Assembly (NCBI GenBank): GCA_963705295.1
Contig: OY970065.1
Location: 1,632,001 to 1,696,000, forward strand
Length of the DNA stretch: 64,000 nt
Direction: 5' to 3'
From: Parachlamydiales bacterium
GTDB lineage: Bacteria > Chlamydiota > Chlamydiia > Chlamydiales > Rhabdochlamydiaceae
Part shown: one piece after another, positions 41,317-50,936 of the stretch
How positions within the stretch are numbered: the stretch's first letter is position 1
How the letters are laid out: each line of letters starts with the position of its first letter
Program-made: the position numbers and the translations under genes
Notes under the pieces: model-generated
The model's input: only the letters and a program-made list of their open reading frames with translations
What the model was told of the DNA's origin: nothing
Databases searched by the model: none

Positions 41317-42532
41317 AGATTTAGGGGCTGGCACCATTGAAAAATGGGCAAAGTCGCTCAAAATTGTCCATTTTGATGCAGGCAACCTCTACCTAGAAGC
41401 AGCCGATGCCTTTCAAGTGAGTTGGTTTGAAGAGTATTTGCGGCCAAAAGTTCAAAAATTCTTCAAAAACAACAATCAAAGGCCGATCAAGGTCCATCTT
41501 TCTCTCGCATCTGCTTTCATGAAACCGAAAAAAATCTGGAAACCGGTTCTTCAACTGGCTCCCGATCCTGTAGATCCCGCTTCCCTTTTAGAAACCTATT
41601 ATCCAGGAAAAACGAACACCCTCCACTTCTCCCTTTTTAAAGAGACACTGCAAAATTTGAGCTTTAATCCGATTTATCTCTATGGCCCCTCCGGCTGCGG
41701 AAAATCACACCTTCTCATGGGTGCTACATCGTATTTGCAAGCCATGGGAAAAACGTGCCTCTATATCAAAGCAGGCACTCTCACCCAGCATATTGTCGCA
41801 GCCATCCGGTCCAGTAGCATGCCCAAATTACGGCAATTCTATCGAGGGCAAGACGCTCTGATCATCGACGATATCCATCTCCTCGCTAACAGAACGGCGA
41901 CGCAGGAAGAGTTTTTTCACACCTTCAATGCACTTTCCATAGCCGGAAAACAGATCATTTTGTCTGGAAATGATCTTCCCTCCCGGCTCGGTGGAATTGA
42001 ACCGAGATTGACCAGTCGATTTGAATGGGGAATCACCCTACCCTTTTTTCCCTTAAGTACAGAGGAGCTGAAAGAGTTGGTGCACCAAAGAAGCTCTCTT
42101 CCTAAAGAAATTCAAGATGATTTAGCGGCTCAATTCACCACGGTTGCCGATCTGCTCAAAGCTTCCGAAATTTTGAAAAAGAAAAAAGATTTTTCCGATA
42201 TGGGAAAATGGCTGGCCCCTCTCCTGTCTCATCAAAAACAAAAAGCCATTACACCTGAGAAAATTGTGCAAATAACAGCTGAACTCTTTGAGATCAGCTC
42301 GCCGGATATTTTGGGGAAAGGTCAAACAAAAACTTTAAGCCTCCCCAGGCAGATCGCGATGTATTTCTGTCGCAAAAATCTTAAAATGCCTTTTTTAAAA
42401 ATAGCCGAATTTTTCTCTCGAGATCACTCGACGGTGATGACAAGTGTGAAAAGTGTGGAGAAAAAAATAAAAGAGCAAAATACAGTTTTGCTCTCGTATG
42501 TCAATGCGATTGAATCGAAACTTAGATCTTAA
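41279..42532 (+). CDS. dnaA: Chromosomal replication initiator DnaA (one of the two chlamydial copies)
   Basis: FNPIYLYGPSGCGKSHL, LIIDDIH, TQEEFFHTFN, RLTSRFEWG, PRQIAMY, RDHSTV. Confidence 0.93.
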   Translation: MKIWEEFLQNQVKDLGAGTIEKWAKSLKIVHFDAGNLYLEAADAFQVSWFEEYLRPKVQKFFKNNNQRPIKVHLSLASAFMKPKKIWKPVLQLAPDPVDPASLLETYYPGKTNTLHFSLFKETLQNLSFNPIYLYGPSGCGKSHLLMGATSYLQAMGKTCLYIKAGTLTQHIVAAIRSSSMPKLRQFYRGQDALIIDDIHLLANRTATQEEFFHTFNALSIAGKQIILSGNDLPSRLGGIEPRLTSRFEWGITLPFFPLSTEELKELVHQRSSLPKEIQDDLAAQFTTVADLLKASEILKKKKDFSDMGKWLAPLLSHQKQKAITPEKIVQITAELFEISSPDILGKGQTKTLSLPRQIAMYFCRKNLKMPFLKIAEFFSRDHSTVMTSVKSVEKKIKEQNTVLLSYVNAIESKLRS

Positions 42533-43058
42533 TGAACGGTTGGCCGGGTTTGCCAGGAGTTCCTGGTCCTCCGGGAGTTGGTCCATGTGGAGGTTGTGGC
42601 ATTCCTGGACGGACGGGCGTTGTATCTTGCGGTTCACGCCCTTCGCTGATATCTTTCGCTCTCTTTCTCCAACGTTCAACAGCTTCGACAAAAATAGGGG
42701 CGAACCTGCGGAGTGAAGAAGGATCTGCTCCAATTCCCATTTCGAGGACACAGTGCATCAGAATCAGCTCTTCATTGACTGCAACTCCGACACCACCGCC
42801 GGCCATCTGACCACCCAACATTGAACCTTCTAAAAGGGATTCGTAGAGCTTTAGCCGAATCGCTGTATCTTTTGGAAGACCATCTAAAATGGGAGAATAT
42901 AAATAGAGACGGTCGGAATGAGGCTCATAGGTGATATGCAATGAAAATGTGTTATCAATTCCTAGAATGCACGTATGGTTTTCATCAAATTGCAACCCTT
43001 CAAGATTGAGCTCTTTTCCAAATTCTTTTAGGTTGGCTTTGGCATTTTCATAAGACAT
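42522..43058 (-). CDS. slc1: Type III secretion chaperone Slc1 (CT043-like, CesT/SycE class)
   Basis: FDENHTCILG, SDRLYLYSP.LDGLP, LYESLLEGSMLGGQMAGGGVGVA match CT043; divergent from glgX as in Chlamydia. Confidence 0.92.
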   Translation of the reverse strand: MSYENAKANLKEFGKELNLEGLQFDENHTCILGIDNTFSLHITYEPHSDRLYLYSPILDGLPKDTAIRLKLYESLLEGSMLGGQMAGGGVGVAVNEELILMHCVLEMGIGADPSSLRRFAPIFVEAVERWRKRAKDISEGREPQDTTPVRPGMPQPPHGPTPGGPGTPGKPGQPFIKI

Positions 43059-43148
43059 TTAATAATCCTCCGCGATAATGAATAGGTTATAGTGTCTCAA
43101 TTCTTCAAAAAAATTGCAAATACATTCCTCCTTCTGTATGAAAAGAAT

Positions 43149-45104
43149 ATGTATCAGATTGAGAATGGGACGTCTTCGCCGCTGGGAGTTACGAAAATTC
43201 CAGGCGGGTTCAATTTTGCCGTTTATGCTGCAGCTGAAAAAGATGTTTTTCTCCACCTATTTTCAACGGGCGAGCACGTCCCTTTTGCAAAAATTCCTAT
43301 GCAAAGAACCGAGTCGATCTGGCACGTCGCGGTGAAAAATCTCCACTGTCTTTTCGATTACGGGATTTTTATCGATAATCATCTCCTGATCGACCCATAT
43401 GCAAGAAATACGAATGCCTCCAATATCTGGGGCGATCCTTTCTATAACGAGTATAAGCCCCTCGGGAGGTACTCAGAATCATCGTACGACTGGGAGGGTG
43501 ATTCTCCCCCTAACCTTCCGTTTCAAGATTTAATTATCTATGAGATGCACCTTCGCGGCTATACAGAAGATCCATCGAGCCATGTCAAACACCCGGGAAC
43601 TTTTTTAGGAATGATTGAAAAGATTCCTCATCTCAAAGAGCTCGGGATCAATGCCGTTGAACTCATGCCTATTTTCGAATTTGACGAGTGTGATAACCCT
43701 CGCAAAAATCCCAAAACCGGAAAAAAATTATTTAACTACTGGGGTTATAACACGATAAACTTTTTTTCACTCATGAATCGATTTGGAACCATCGATGATT
43801 TTAAAACCCTCGTCAAAGAACTCCATAAAAATAAAATCGAAGTGATTCTCGATGTAGTCTATAACCACACGGGTGAAGGAAATGAATCGGGGAGAACGTT
43901 TTCGTTCCGAGGTCTCGATAATAAAACCTACTATATCTTAGGCCCCAAAGGAGAGTATTATAATTACTCAGGCTGCGGCAATACCTTCAATTGCAATGTC
44001 CCTGTCGTCACCACTCTCATTGTCGATTCGCTCCGCTATTGGGTGACCGAGATGCATGTCGATGGATTTCGGTTCGATCTCGCGTCGATTTTAACGCGCG
44101 ATCCTCAAGGCCAACCCCTCGGTGATCCTCCGGTGGTCAAAAAAATCACCGAAGATCCTCTTTTAAAAAATGTCAAACTGATTGCCGAAGCTTGGGATGC
44201 TGCAGGGCTTTATCAAGTGGGACATTTTCCCGCCTATGGGAAATGGGCCGAATGGAACGGCCGTTACCGAGATGCTGTCCGCCTCTTTATTAAAGGAACG
44301 GATGGTGTAGCTGGAGCTTTTGCAGGAGCCCTTGCCGGGTCGCAAGATCTCTACGGAAACTCCAATAGAAAACCATACCACAGTATCAACTTTGTCACCG
44401 CCCATGACGGCTTTACCCTCCATGATCTTGTTAGTTACAATCAAAAACATAACGAAGCCAATGGAGAGAACAACCAAGATGGGGCCAATGACAATGAAAG
44501 TTGGAATTGTGGGCATGAGGGTGAAACCTCGAATATCCACATTCTTCAACTCCGCCAAAGGCAGATGAAAAACTTTCTCGTTGCCCTCTTTGTCTCCCTT
44601 GGAACGCCGATGGTTCTCATGGGAGATGAATATGGACATACCCACTCTGGAAACAACAATACCTGGTGCCATGACGGCCCTCCAAATGCATTCTTATGGA
44701 ACAAACTCCCCCAAGAAAAAAACCTCCTCCATTTCTGGAAATCTCTGATTCATTTGAGAAGAACCAATCCGTTGCTCCGCCGCGCTGAATTTCTAAAACC
44801 GGAAGATATCGACTGGCATGGAACGGTACCCTTCCATCCCGATTGGGGACCGACCAGCCGTTTCGTTTCCTACACCCTCAAAGACCACAACCGAGAGCAC
44901 CACCTGTATATTGCCTTCAATGCCACCCCAAACCGTCCCAACATCCAACTCCCTCCACCACCTAGCCATAAAAAATGGTACCGGTTAGTCGACACCGCCC
45001 TAGCCCCTCCTCATGACTTCATGGATCATCCTACCCAGCAACCCCCTCTTAAAACCATGTGCCGCATGGAGGGTTATTCTTCTTTGATTCTCATTGCCCA
45101 ATAA
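43149..45104 (+). CDS. glgX: Glycogen debranching enzyme / isoamylase (GH13)
   Basis: NYWGY, ILDVVYNHT, VDGFRFDLA, LIAEAWD, NFVTAHDGFTL, GNNNTWC. Confidence 0.97.
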   Translation: MYQIENGTSSPLGVTKIPGGFNFAVYAAAEKDVFLHLFSTGEHVPFAKIPMQRTESIWHVAVKNLHCLFDYGIFIDNHLLIDPYARNTNASNIWGDPFYNEYKPLGRYSESSYDWEGDSPPNLPFQDLIIYEMHLRGYTEDPSSHVKHPGTFLGMIEKIPHLKELGINAVELMPIFEFDECDNPRKNPKTGKKLFNYWGYNTINFFSLMNRFGTIDDFKTLVKELHKNKIEVILDVVYNHTGEGNESGRTFSFRGLDNKTYYILGPKGEYYNYSGCGNTFNCNVPVVTTLIVDSLRYWVTEMHVDGFRFDLASILTRDPQGQPLGDPPVVKKITEDPLLKNVKLIAEAWDAAGLYQVGHFPAYGKWAEWNGRYRDAVRLFIKGTDGVAGAFAGALAGSQDLYGNSNRKPYHSINFVTAHDGFTLHDLVSYNQKHNEANGENNQDGANDNESWNCGHEGETSNIHILQLRQRQMKNFLVALFVSLGTPMVLMGDEYGHTHSGNNNTWCHDGPPNAFLWNKLPQEKNLLHFWKSLIHLRRTNPLLRRAEFLKPEDIDWHGTVPFHPDWGPTSRFVSYTLKDHNREHHLYIAFNATPNRPNIQLPPPPSHKKWYRLVDTALAPPHDFMDHPTQQPPLKTMCRMEGYSSLILIAQ

Positions 45105-45148
45105 ATAGAATTGATACAAAATTGGATTCTATATTGGTGGAGGATCGC

Positions 45149-45769
45149 ATGCGCAAATGGGGAGCTTTATTACTAGGAATTTTTCTAGTCGGATGTGGGA
45201 ATCAAGATCGCGACACTGCACTTCTGGAGACACCGAAGCTGCAGCGCCCTTTAGTTGCCTTTGTTCCTGTGATGGATGCTTCAAAGCATGACCTTAATTG
45301 GGACGTCTCGGAGGAATTATCCTCTGCTATGCGACATAATCTCACACAGAAAAACCGACTTTATCTTGTTGGTGGAGAGAGTTTTCTTCCCCATGCCAAA
45401 CGGGCTCTCGCCACCCATCACCCGTTTGAGCCCGACACCACTTGGATTAAAAAGGCATTTCCTCAAAATGAATTCGTTGTGTTTACAGAGCTCTTAGAAC
45501 ATGATGAAATTCCTTCCCCTTCTGAGCTCATTTTAAAAATGCGAGTCGGAATTTTTGATCTCCGCGACAAAACCCCTAAAATTGTTCTCCAAGAAATTGT
45601 TGAACAAGCACACCACATTCCCCAACAATTCACAAAAACAAACTTCAATCAAGTTCCGTGGGGAGATGAACTATTTGATGTTTCTCCTCTAGGCATTGCA
45701 CATGATCAACTCTGTAAAGAACTCTCGAGCCGGATCGAAGATTACATTTTGATGACGAGTAAGCCGTGA
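45149..45769 (+). CDS. CT253-like lipoprotein
   Basis: Lipobox LVGC after a short signal peptide; GGAGG ribosome-binding site; precedes a CPBP protease as CT253-CT254 do. Confidence 0.8.
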   Translation: MRKWGALLLGIFLVGCGNQDRDTALLETPKLQRPLVAFVPVMDASKHDLNWDVSEELSSAMRHNLTQKNRLYLVGGESFLPHAKRALATHHPFEPDTTWIKKAFPQNEFVVFTELLEHDEIPSPSELILKMRVGIFDLRDKTPKIVLQEIVEQAHHIPQQFTKTNFNQVPWGDELFDVSPLGIAHDQLCKELSSRIEDYILMTSKP

Positions 45770-46614
45770 TCATTTCGGACAGTGTTCAGATTCTTTTGCT
45801 TCTTGCCTTATGGGCGGCTGCCATCAACTATTTTGCCTGGAAAAAGAGGTTCTATACCTGGCATCCTCGGTTAGTTCCCCCCGTTTCATTTAAAGATGTG
45901 GCGAGTGTTTTCGTCATTTATTTATTCGCCCTTCTCATTGCTGCCCCTTACCTATCTTCTCTTTTTCTCAAATTCTCTTCTCAAATCCCCAGCTTCGGGA
46001 TCATCGTCGCTGTCCAATTTTTCATTATTCTAGGAACGATGGCGGGTATTTTCTTTTACTGTCGGTCTCAAGCAAGGGAAACCTTTATCCAGGTCGTGAA
46101 AAATCCCCAATCGAAATCATCGCTTTGGTTTGATGCTACCCTGGGTCTCCTCACTTGGTTTATTGCCTTTCCCATCGTTGCGTTTCTCAGTCAACTCTTC
46201 GATCTTTTACTCTATCTCATCTTTGGACTGGAAAGTTATGAACAAGTCGCCGTCCGGTATCTGAAGAGCACACTAGCTTCCCCTTCTTTGACTATTTTAG
46301 CCTTAATATCGATCCTCATCATCGCCCCTACCATCGAAGAGTTTTTATTCCGAGGGACATTGCAAACCTATTTTAAAAGAAAGCTGGGCGCCAAAGCCGC
46401 TATTTTGCTCGCAGCAGCCTTTTTTGCAATGTTTCACTATTCCCCGTCTCAAGGACTCGGCAACCTATCGTTACTTCCTTCTCTTTTCGCGTTCGGTTGC
46501 TATCTCGGATTTATTTATGAAAGGCAGGGATCTCTTTTGGCTTCGATTGCCCTCCATGCGACATTCAATTTAGCGAGCGCACTGCGTATCCTTTTTTCAC
46601 CGGAGTCTGCATGA
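45766..46614 (+). CDS. CPBP/Abi family (CAAX prenyl protease-like) intramembrane glutamic endopeptidase
   Basis: APTIEEFLFRG, FAMFH, SIALHATFN. Confidence 0.92.
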   Translation: MIISDSVQILLLLALWAAAINYFAWKKRFYTWHPRLVPPVSFKDVASVFVIYLFALLIAAPYLSSLFLKFSSQIPSFGIIVAVQFFIILGTMAGIFFYCRSQARETFIQVVKNPQSKSSLWFDATLGLLTWFIAFPIVAFLSQLFDLLLYLIFGLESYEQVAVRYLKSTLASPSLTILALISILIIAPTIEEFLFRGTLQTYFKRKLGAKAAILLAAAFFAMFHYSPSQGLGNLSLLPSLFAFGCYLGFIYERQGSLLASIALHATFNLASALRILFSPESA

Positions 46615-47708
46615 AAAAATTCATCTCCCTTTTTATATTGTTTCTTTCCCCTTTACTTTCGAACGGGGTCACCGATTTTGGATTGGATCTGTTACAGACA
46701 ACATCGACACCCCAAAAAAACACCCTCCTCTCTCCCTACTCCATTTCACGGTGTCTCAGTATGGTCTCCTCAGGAGCTAAAAAAGAGACCCTCAAAGAAT
46801 TGAAACGGGTTCTCTATTTAACAGATGAAATGCCTTATATCGAAGATTCCCATTTGCACGAAGCCAGCACTCTTTGGATCAGTCCCCATTTTTTTGTCTT
46901 GCCCCAGTTTCAAGCTTCTATCCAGAGGATTGAGCTTAATGCTCCTGAAAATGCCGCCCACATCATGAATACGTGGATTGCCGAAAAAACCGAGCAAAAA
47001 ATCAAAAATCTTATTTCTCCATCCGATCTCTCCCCGTTTTCCAAGCTTATTCTGATCAATGCACTCCATTTTAAGGGAGAATTTTTCCACCCTTTTAGCG
47101 CATCGCGTACCAAATCTCATCTATTTTGGGTGGATGATAAAGCTTATGTACCGACACCCATGATGAATAAAACAGCACATCAATCGTACTCCGAGGACAA
47201 CCTGTTTAAGGTTGTCTCTTTTCCTTTTATCGACTCCAACATCAGCCTGGTCATCTTCTTGCCAAAAGAGAGAATTTTTTCCGATCTCGCCACCTATTTG
47301 AATCCCGAGAGATTCGAATTACTTCTCGACAACTTATATACCAAAAATGTCCAAGTAAAAATTCCGAAATTCAAAATTCAAGACCGCTACGACCTCATTC
47401 CCCTACTCCGCAGCCTCGGGCTTTCACTTCCGTTTTCGCAAAAAGCCGATTTCTCAGGCATTACCGGAGAGAAAAATCTCTATCTCAGCCATGTGCTTCA
47501 TGGAGCTTTTTTTGAACTGAGTGAAAAAGGGGTAACAGCTGCTGCTGCCACAGCATCTGTGATGAATGTCACCAGTTGTTTTCAAGAGGAATACCCTTTA
47601 GAATTTAGAGCCGATCATCCGTTTATCTTTGCACTGGTCGACATGGAAACAAAAACCCCGCTTTTTTTAGGCGAATTCTATAAACCTGATGAAAATTCCT
47701 TTCGTTGA
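46611..47708 (+). CDS. Secreted serpin (serine protease inhibitor)
   Basis: Signal peptide, NTLLSPYSI, MNTWIAEKTEQKIKNL, ILINALHFKG, hinge EKGVTAAAATA, FRADHPFIFAL. Confidence 0.93.
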   Translation: MKKFISLFILFLSPLLSNGVTDFGLDLLQTTSTPQKNTLLSPYSISRCLSMVSSGAKKETLKELKRVLYLTDEMPYIEDSHLHEASTLWISPHFFVLPQFQASIQRIELNAPENAAHIMNTWIAEKTEQKIKNLISPSDLSPFSKLILINALHFKGEFFHPFSASRTKSHLFWVDDKAYVPTPMMNKTAHQSYSEDNLFKVVSFPFIDSNISLVIFLPKERIFSDLATYLNPERFELLLDNLYTKNVQVKIPKFKIQDRYDLIPLLRSLGLSLPFSQKADFSGITGEKNLYLSHVLHGAFFELSEKGVTAAAATASVMNVTSCFQEEYPLEFRADHPFIFALVDMETKTPLFLGEFYKPDENSFR

Positions 47709-48426
47709 AAGTTTTGGGATCTCCGACATTGGAACATCCCGTTCCAATAATGAAGACGTTTGGGGTGAACTTCCCGATGAACATTTTTATGTGCTTGCCG
47801 ATGGGATGGGCGGACACCTCGCTGGAGAAGTGGCTGCTAAAGAAGGTGTCTTACATCTCTGTGATTCGATTGAGCGGTTTCTACGAGTCAATCCCAACCC
47901 CACAATAGAGATGGCCACAACTCATCTCAAAAATGCGTTTTCAGAAGCCAACCGGTGGATCCGGTCCCTGACAGAAGAAAACCATCGATTTGCCGGCATG
48001 GGAACAACCTTATGCTGCGTCCTTCTCCTCAAAAATGAAATCGTCTACGGCCACATCGGAGATAGCCGTATCTACCGGTTTCGAAAACAACTAGAACGGC
48101 TCACCGAAGATCATACCCTCAAAGCCGAGCTCCTTGCTGCCGGCGAAATCACCAAGCAAATGTCAACCCGGTACAAAAATGTCCTGACCCGCGCTCTTGG
48201 TATCGCCCCCTTTATCCAACCCGACATCCATCACCTCCCCTACCAATCCGGAGATATCTACCTCCTCAGCTCCGACGGCCTCCACGAATCCCTCTCCGAC
48301 TTTCAAATCGAAGCCATCCTGCGCGAAACCCCCTCCATCAAGAATGCCGCCATCGAACTCGTCGAAGCCGCCAAAAATGCCGGCAGCACCGACAACATCA
48401 CTGCCCTCGTCATCCTTTGCCATTAG
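47689..48426 (+). CDS. PP2C-family Ser/Thr protein phosphatase (CT259/CppA-like)
   Basis: SDIG..R..NED, LADGMGGH, MGTTL, HIGDSRIY, LLSSDGL, DNIT. Confidence 0.95.
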   Translation: MKIPFVESFGISDIGTSRSNNEDVWGELPDEHFYVLADGMGGHLAGEVAAKEGVLHLCDSIERFLRVNPNPTIEMATTHLKNAFSEANRWIRSLTEENHRFAGMGTTLCCVLLLKNEIVYGHIGDSRIYRFRKQLERLTEDHTLKAELLAAGEITKQMSTRYKNVLTRALGIAPFIQPDIHHLPYQSGDIYLLSSDGLHESLSDFQIEAILRETPSIKNAAIELVEAAKNAGSTDNITALVILCH

Positions 48427-48913
48427 ATAAAGCTTCAATTACCTTTAAATCATCCATCGCATCTTCCATTCTCCCGACATCTCTCAGCAATGCACTTCTC
48501 CGGTGAAGAATTTCCGTCACAAAAGGTATATTCCCAGGATCGCATGTAAAAGCCTCCATCAAATCCCGTCTACAGTTTTCAGCTTCTCTCTTTTGCAGAT
48601 AAATAGCGGCCCTTTCAACCAAAATCTTAGCCCGCAGCGGATCCCGATCACTCTCATAATCTACAAGAGCTTTCGTCAGATCACTGAATGCCCTCTCAAA
48701 TAAATCTTGTCTGGCATACAGCCTCCCCCTCAACCAGAGAATCTCCCGATTGAGATCCGCCTTTCTTGATCGGCAATAGAGCGCCTTTGTGTACCTTTCT
48801 ATAGCTTCCTCCGATCTCTCCGTTTCCTCTAAAAAAAGGGCTTGGACTAACAACTCTTTAGCCCGAATTTCAACATGAAGATCGTAATTATTATTCCTTG
48901 TAATTGCAGACAT
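48410..48913 (-). CDS. Small TPR-repeat protein
   Basis: TPR-like helices (EEAIERYTKAL, RGRLY....FERAFSDLTKAL). Confidence 0.75.
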   Translation of the reverse strand: MSAITRNNNYDLHVEIRAKELLVQALFLEETERSEEAIERYTKALYCRSRKADLNREILWLRGRLYARQDLFERAFSDLTKALVDYESDRDPLRAKILVERAAIYLQKREAENCRRDLMEAFTCDPGNIPFVTEILHRRSALLRDVGRMEDAMDDLKVIEALSNGKG

Positions 48914-48962
48914 TATAATATATATTTAAACGAAAAATGATATTCCATATTGAGGATTATTT

Positions 48963-50081
48963 GTGAGGAAAATTTACTTAGATAACAACGCAACGACGGG
49001 ATTAGATCCGAGGGTCATGGAGGCGATGCAGGAGGTTTTGACGGCGATCCCGTGTAATCCATCGAGCACCCACATCTTTGGACAAGATGCCAGGAAATAT
49101 TTGACCAGGGCGCGGGATGCAATCTCGCATGGGCTCCATGTCAAACCCCACGAATTGGTCTTTACTTCGGGTGGGACGGAAGCCCTTAATTACCTGATCC
49201 GAGGGTTTTATAGTTTAAGCCGTGGCTGCCACGTGATCTCCTCGAATGTTGAACATCCAGCCGTGCGAGAAACTCTCGATAGTTTAGGGGCCAATACCAC
49301 CTATTTGCCAGCGGGGCTTTGGGGAGCCGTTCAGCCGTTTCAATTGGAAGAAGCGATCCAGCCTGAAACGAGAATGATTGTGCTCATGTCAGCCAATAAT
49401 GTGACCGGAGTTAAAACCGATCTGCTCGCCATTGCAGATATTGCGTACAGGCATAATATCCCTCTCATCGTCGATGGAATTCAACATCTCGGAAAAGAAG
49501 TTCTCCATATCCCTCCAGGGGTCACAGCCATGGCCTTTTCAGCTCACAAGCTCCATGGTCCTTCAGGTGTCGGGGTCGCCTTTGTTCGCTCGCCGTTCAA
49601 ATTACCTCCCCTCCTCACAGGCGGACCTCAAGAAGGAGGACGTAGAGCTGGAACCGAAAACTTGCCCGGAATTGTCGGATTCGCAAAAGCTGTTGAACTG
49701 CTCGCCCTCGAGCTTCCCAAAGCCTCCGACCACATGCGGACCCTTCGCGATCGATTGACCGACAGCCTCATGCAAACCCTGGGCAATATCGTCGTCCATG
49801 GCCAAGGCCCCCGCCTCTGCAATACCGTCCACATCGGCTTTCCCCATATCGATGGTGAAACCCACCTCATGCAGCTCGACCTAGCCGGCATCGCAGTCAG
49901 CCATGGCTCTGCCTGCTCATCAGGCGGCCTCGAGCCATCTCCCATTCTCCTCAACATGGGAATTCCCCTCACCCTCGCCCGCACCAGTCTCCGATTCTCT
50001 TTAAGCCGCTTTACCACAGAACAAGAGATCGACACGACAATACAGGTTATTTCAACCCTAAAAAACCGTCTATCAATCTGA
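48963..50081 (+). CDS. nifS: Cysteine desulfurase (NifS/IscS type)
   Basis: IYLDNNATT, FTSGGTE, FSAHKLHGP, RAGTEN, SHGSACSSG. Confidence 0.95.
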   Translation: MRKIYLDNNATTGLDPRVMEAMQEVLTAIPCNPSSTHIFGQDARKYLTRARDAISHGLHVKPHELVFTSGGTEALNYLIRGFYSLSRGCHVISSNVEHPAVRETLDSLGANTTYLPAGLWGAVQPFQLEEAIQPETRMIVLMSANNVTGVKTDLLAIADIAYRHNIPLIVDGIQHLGKEVLHIPPGVTAMAFSAHKLHGPSGVGVAFVRSPFKLPPLLTGGPQEGGRRAGTENLPGIVGFAKAVELLALELPKASDHMRTLRDRLTDSLMQTLGNIVVHGQGPRLCNTVHIGFPHIDGETHLMQLDLAGIAVSHGSACSSGGLEPSPILLNMGIPLTLARTSLRFSLSRFTTEQEIDTTIQVISTLKNRLSI

Positions 50082-50092
50082 CAACAATGCTC

Positions 50093-50121
50093 TAGACTGA
50101 TTATTCCATTACTGATATAGT
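50093..50121 (+). promoter_or_regulatory. sigma66-like promoter for the higBA-type operon
   Basis: TAGACT-N17-TATAGT ending 8 nt before the ATG at 50130. Confidence 0.5.
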
Positions 50122-50129
50122 TTATAACA

Positions 50130-50516
50130 ATGATTGAGGAATTGTCGATTCGGCCTATTATATGGATTGCGTCTTCAAAGAGTGATTTAATGGATATGCC
50201 TGATGATGTGATTGATGACTTCGGTCATGGGCTATTCCAGGCACAAATTGGAAAACATCCCGATATAGGAAAAACTTTAGGCGGTTTTGGCAGCGCAAAT
50301 GTTATTGAACTAGTAAAAGATCACAAAGGAGATGCTTTTCGAGCTGTCTACACGGTTAGATTTACAGAAGTTATCATTGTGTTACATGCTTTCCAAAAAA
50401 AGAGCAAAAAAGGCATAGAAACACCTAAGGCAGATATGGAGCTCATTCGTTCGAGACTGAGACTGGCAGAAGTAATTTACAAAGAATGGAAAAATAAAAG
50501 AGATAAAAATGGCTAA
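50130..50516 (+). CDS. RelE/ParE superfamily toxin (Gp49/HigB-like)
   Basis: FRAVYTVRF...IVLHAFQKKSKKGIETPKADMELIRSRL; toxin-first gene order. Confidence 0.9.
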   Translation: MIEELSIRPIIWIASSKSDLMDMPDDVIDDFGHGLFQAQIGKHPDIGKTLGGFGSANVIELVKDHKGDAFRAVYTVRFTEVIIVLHAFQKKSKKGIETPKADMELIRSRLRLAEVIYKEWKNKRDKNG

Positions 50517-50850
50517 AACAAAAGAAGCTGATTATGAAGTCACTGAAGGGAACGTTTTTGCTGCTCTTGGCAGAGAAAATGCAGAAGAATTATCGGCCAG
50601 GGCAAAGCTTTTAGATGAAGTAAGCTCTCTCATCAAAAAAAGCGGACTTACTCAACAAAAAATAGCCAAAAAATTAGGAATAACTCAATTCAAAGTTTCT
50701 ATGCTAGTCGGGGGACATTTATCAGCTTTTAGTTCAGAGACACTCATGCATTATCTCTTAATTTTGGGCTGTGGAGTTGAAATCAGAATACATAAACCAC
50801 GCTCTCGCATTGGCATTTTTAGACGAACAGGTTATATCGCTGTTTGTTAA
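50509..50850 (+). CDS. XRE/HigA-type HTH antitoxin
   Basis: GNVFAALG, GLTQQKIAKKLGITQ..VS.L..G....FS.E.L; overlaps the toxin stop codon. Confidence 0.88.
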   Translation: MAKTKEADYEVTEGNVFAALGRENAEELSARAKLLDEVSSLIKKSGLTQQKIAKKLGITQFKVSMLVGGHLSAFSSETLMHYLLILGCGVEIRIHKPRSRIGIFRRTGYIAVC

Positions 50851-50854
50851 TAGA

Positions 50855-50883
50855 TTGTCACCTTTTTATAGCCCCCGTTAATA
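50855..50883 (-). repeat. Solo terminus related to the TATTAAC palindromic element
   Basis: Reverse complement TATTAACGGGGGCTATAAAAAGGTGACAA matches 22 of 29 positions of 25758-25786. Confidence 0.45.
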
Positions 50884-50936
50884 AACAGCAATAAAAGCTT
50901 TTGACAGCAAGAGAAAAAACATGATTCAGTTTAGAA

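Noticed and set aside
41279..42532. oriC next to dnaA
   Set aside because: dnaA overlaps both neighbours and no cluster of DnaA boxes is visible; chlamydial oriC is not linked to dnaA.
45766..46614. CPBP 'Abi' protease as an abortive-infection gene
   Set aside because: The family name is historical; this is the conserved CT254-like backbone gene.
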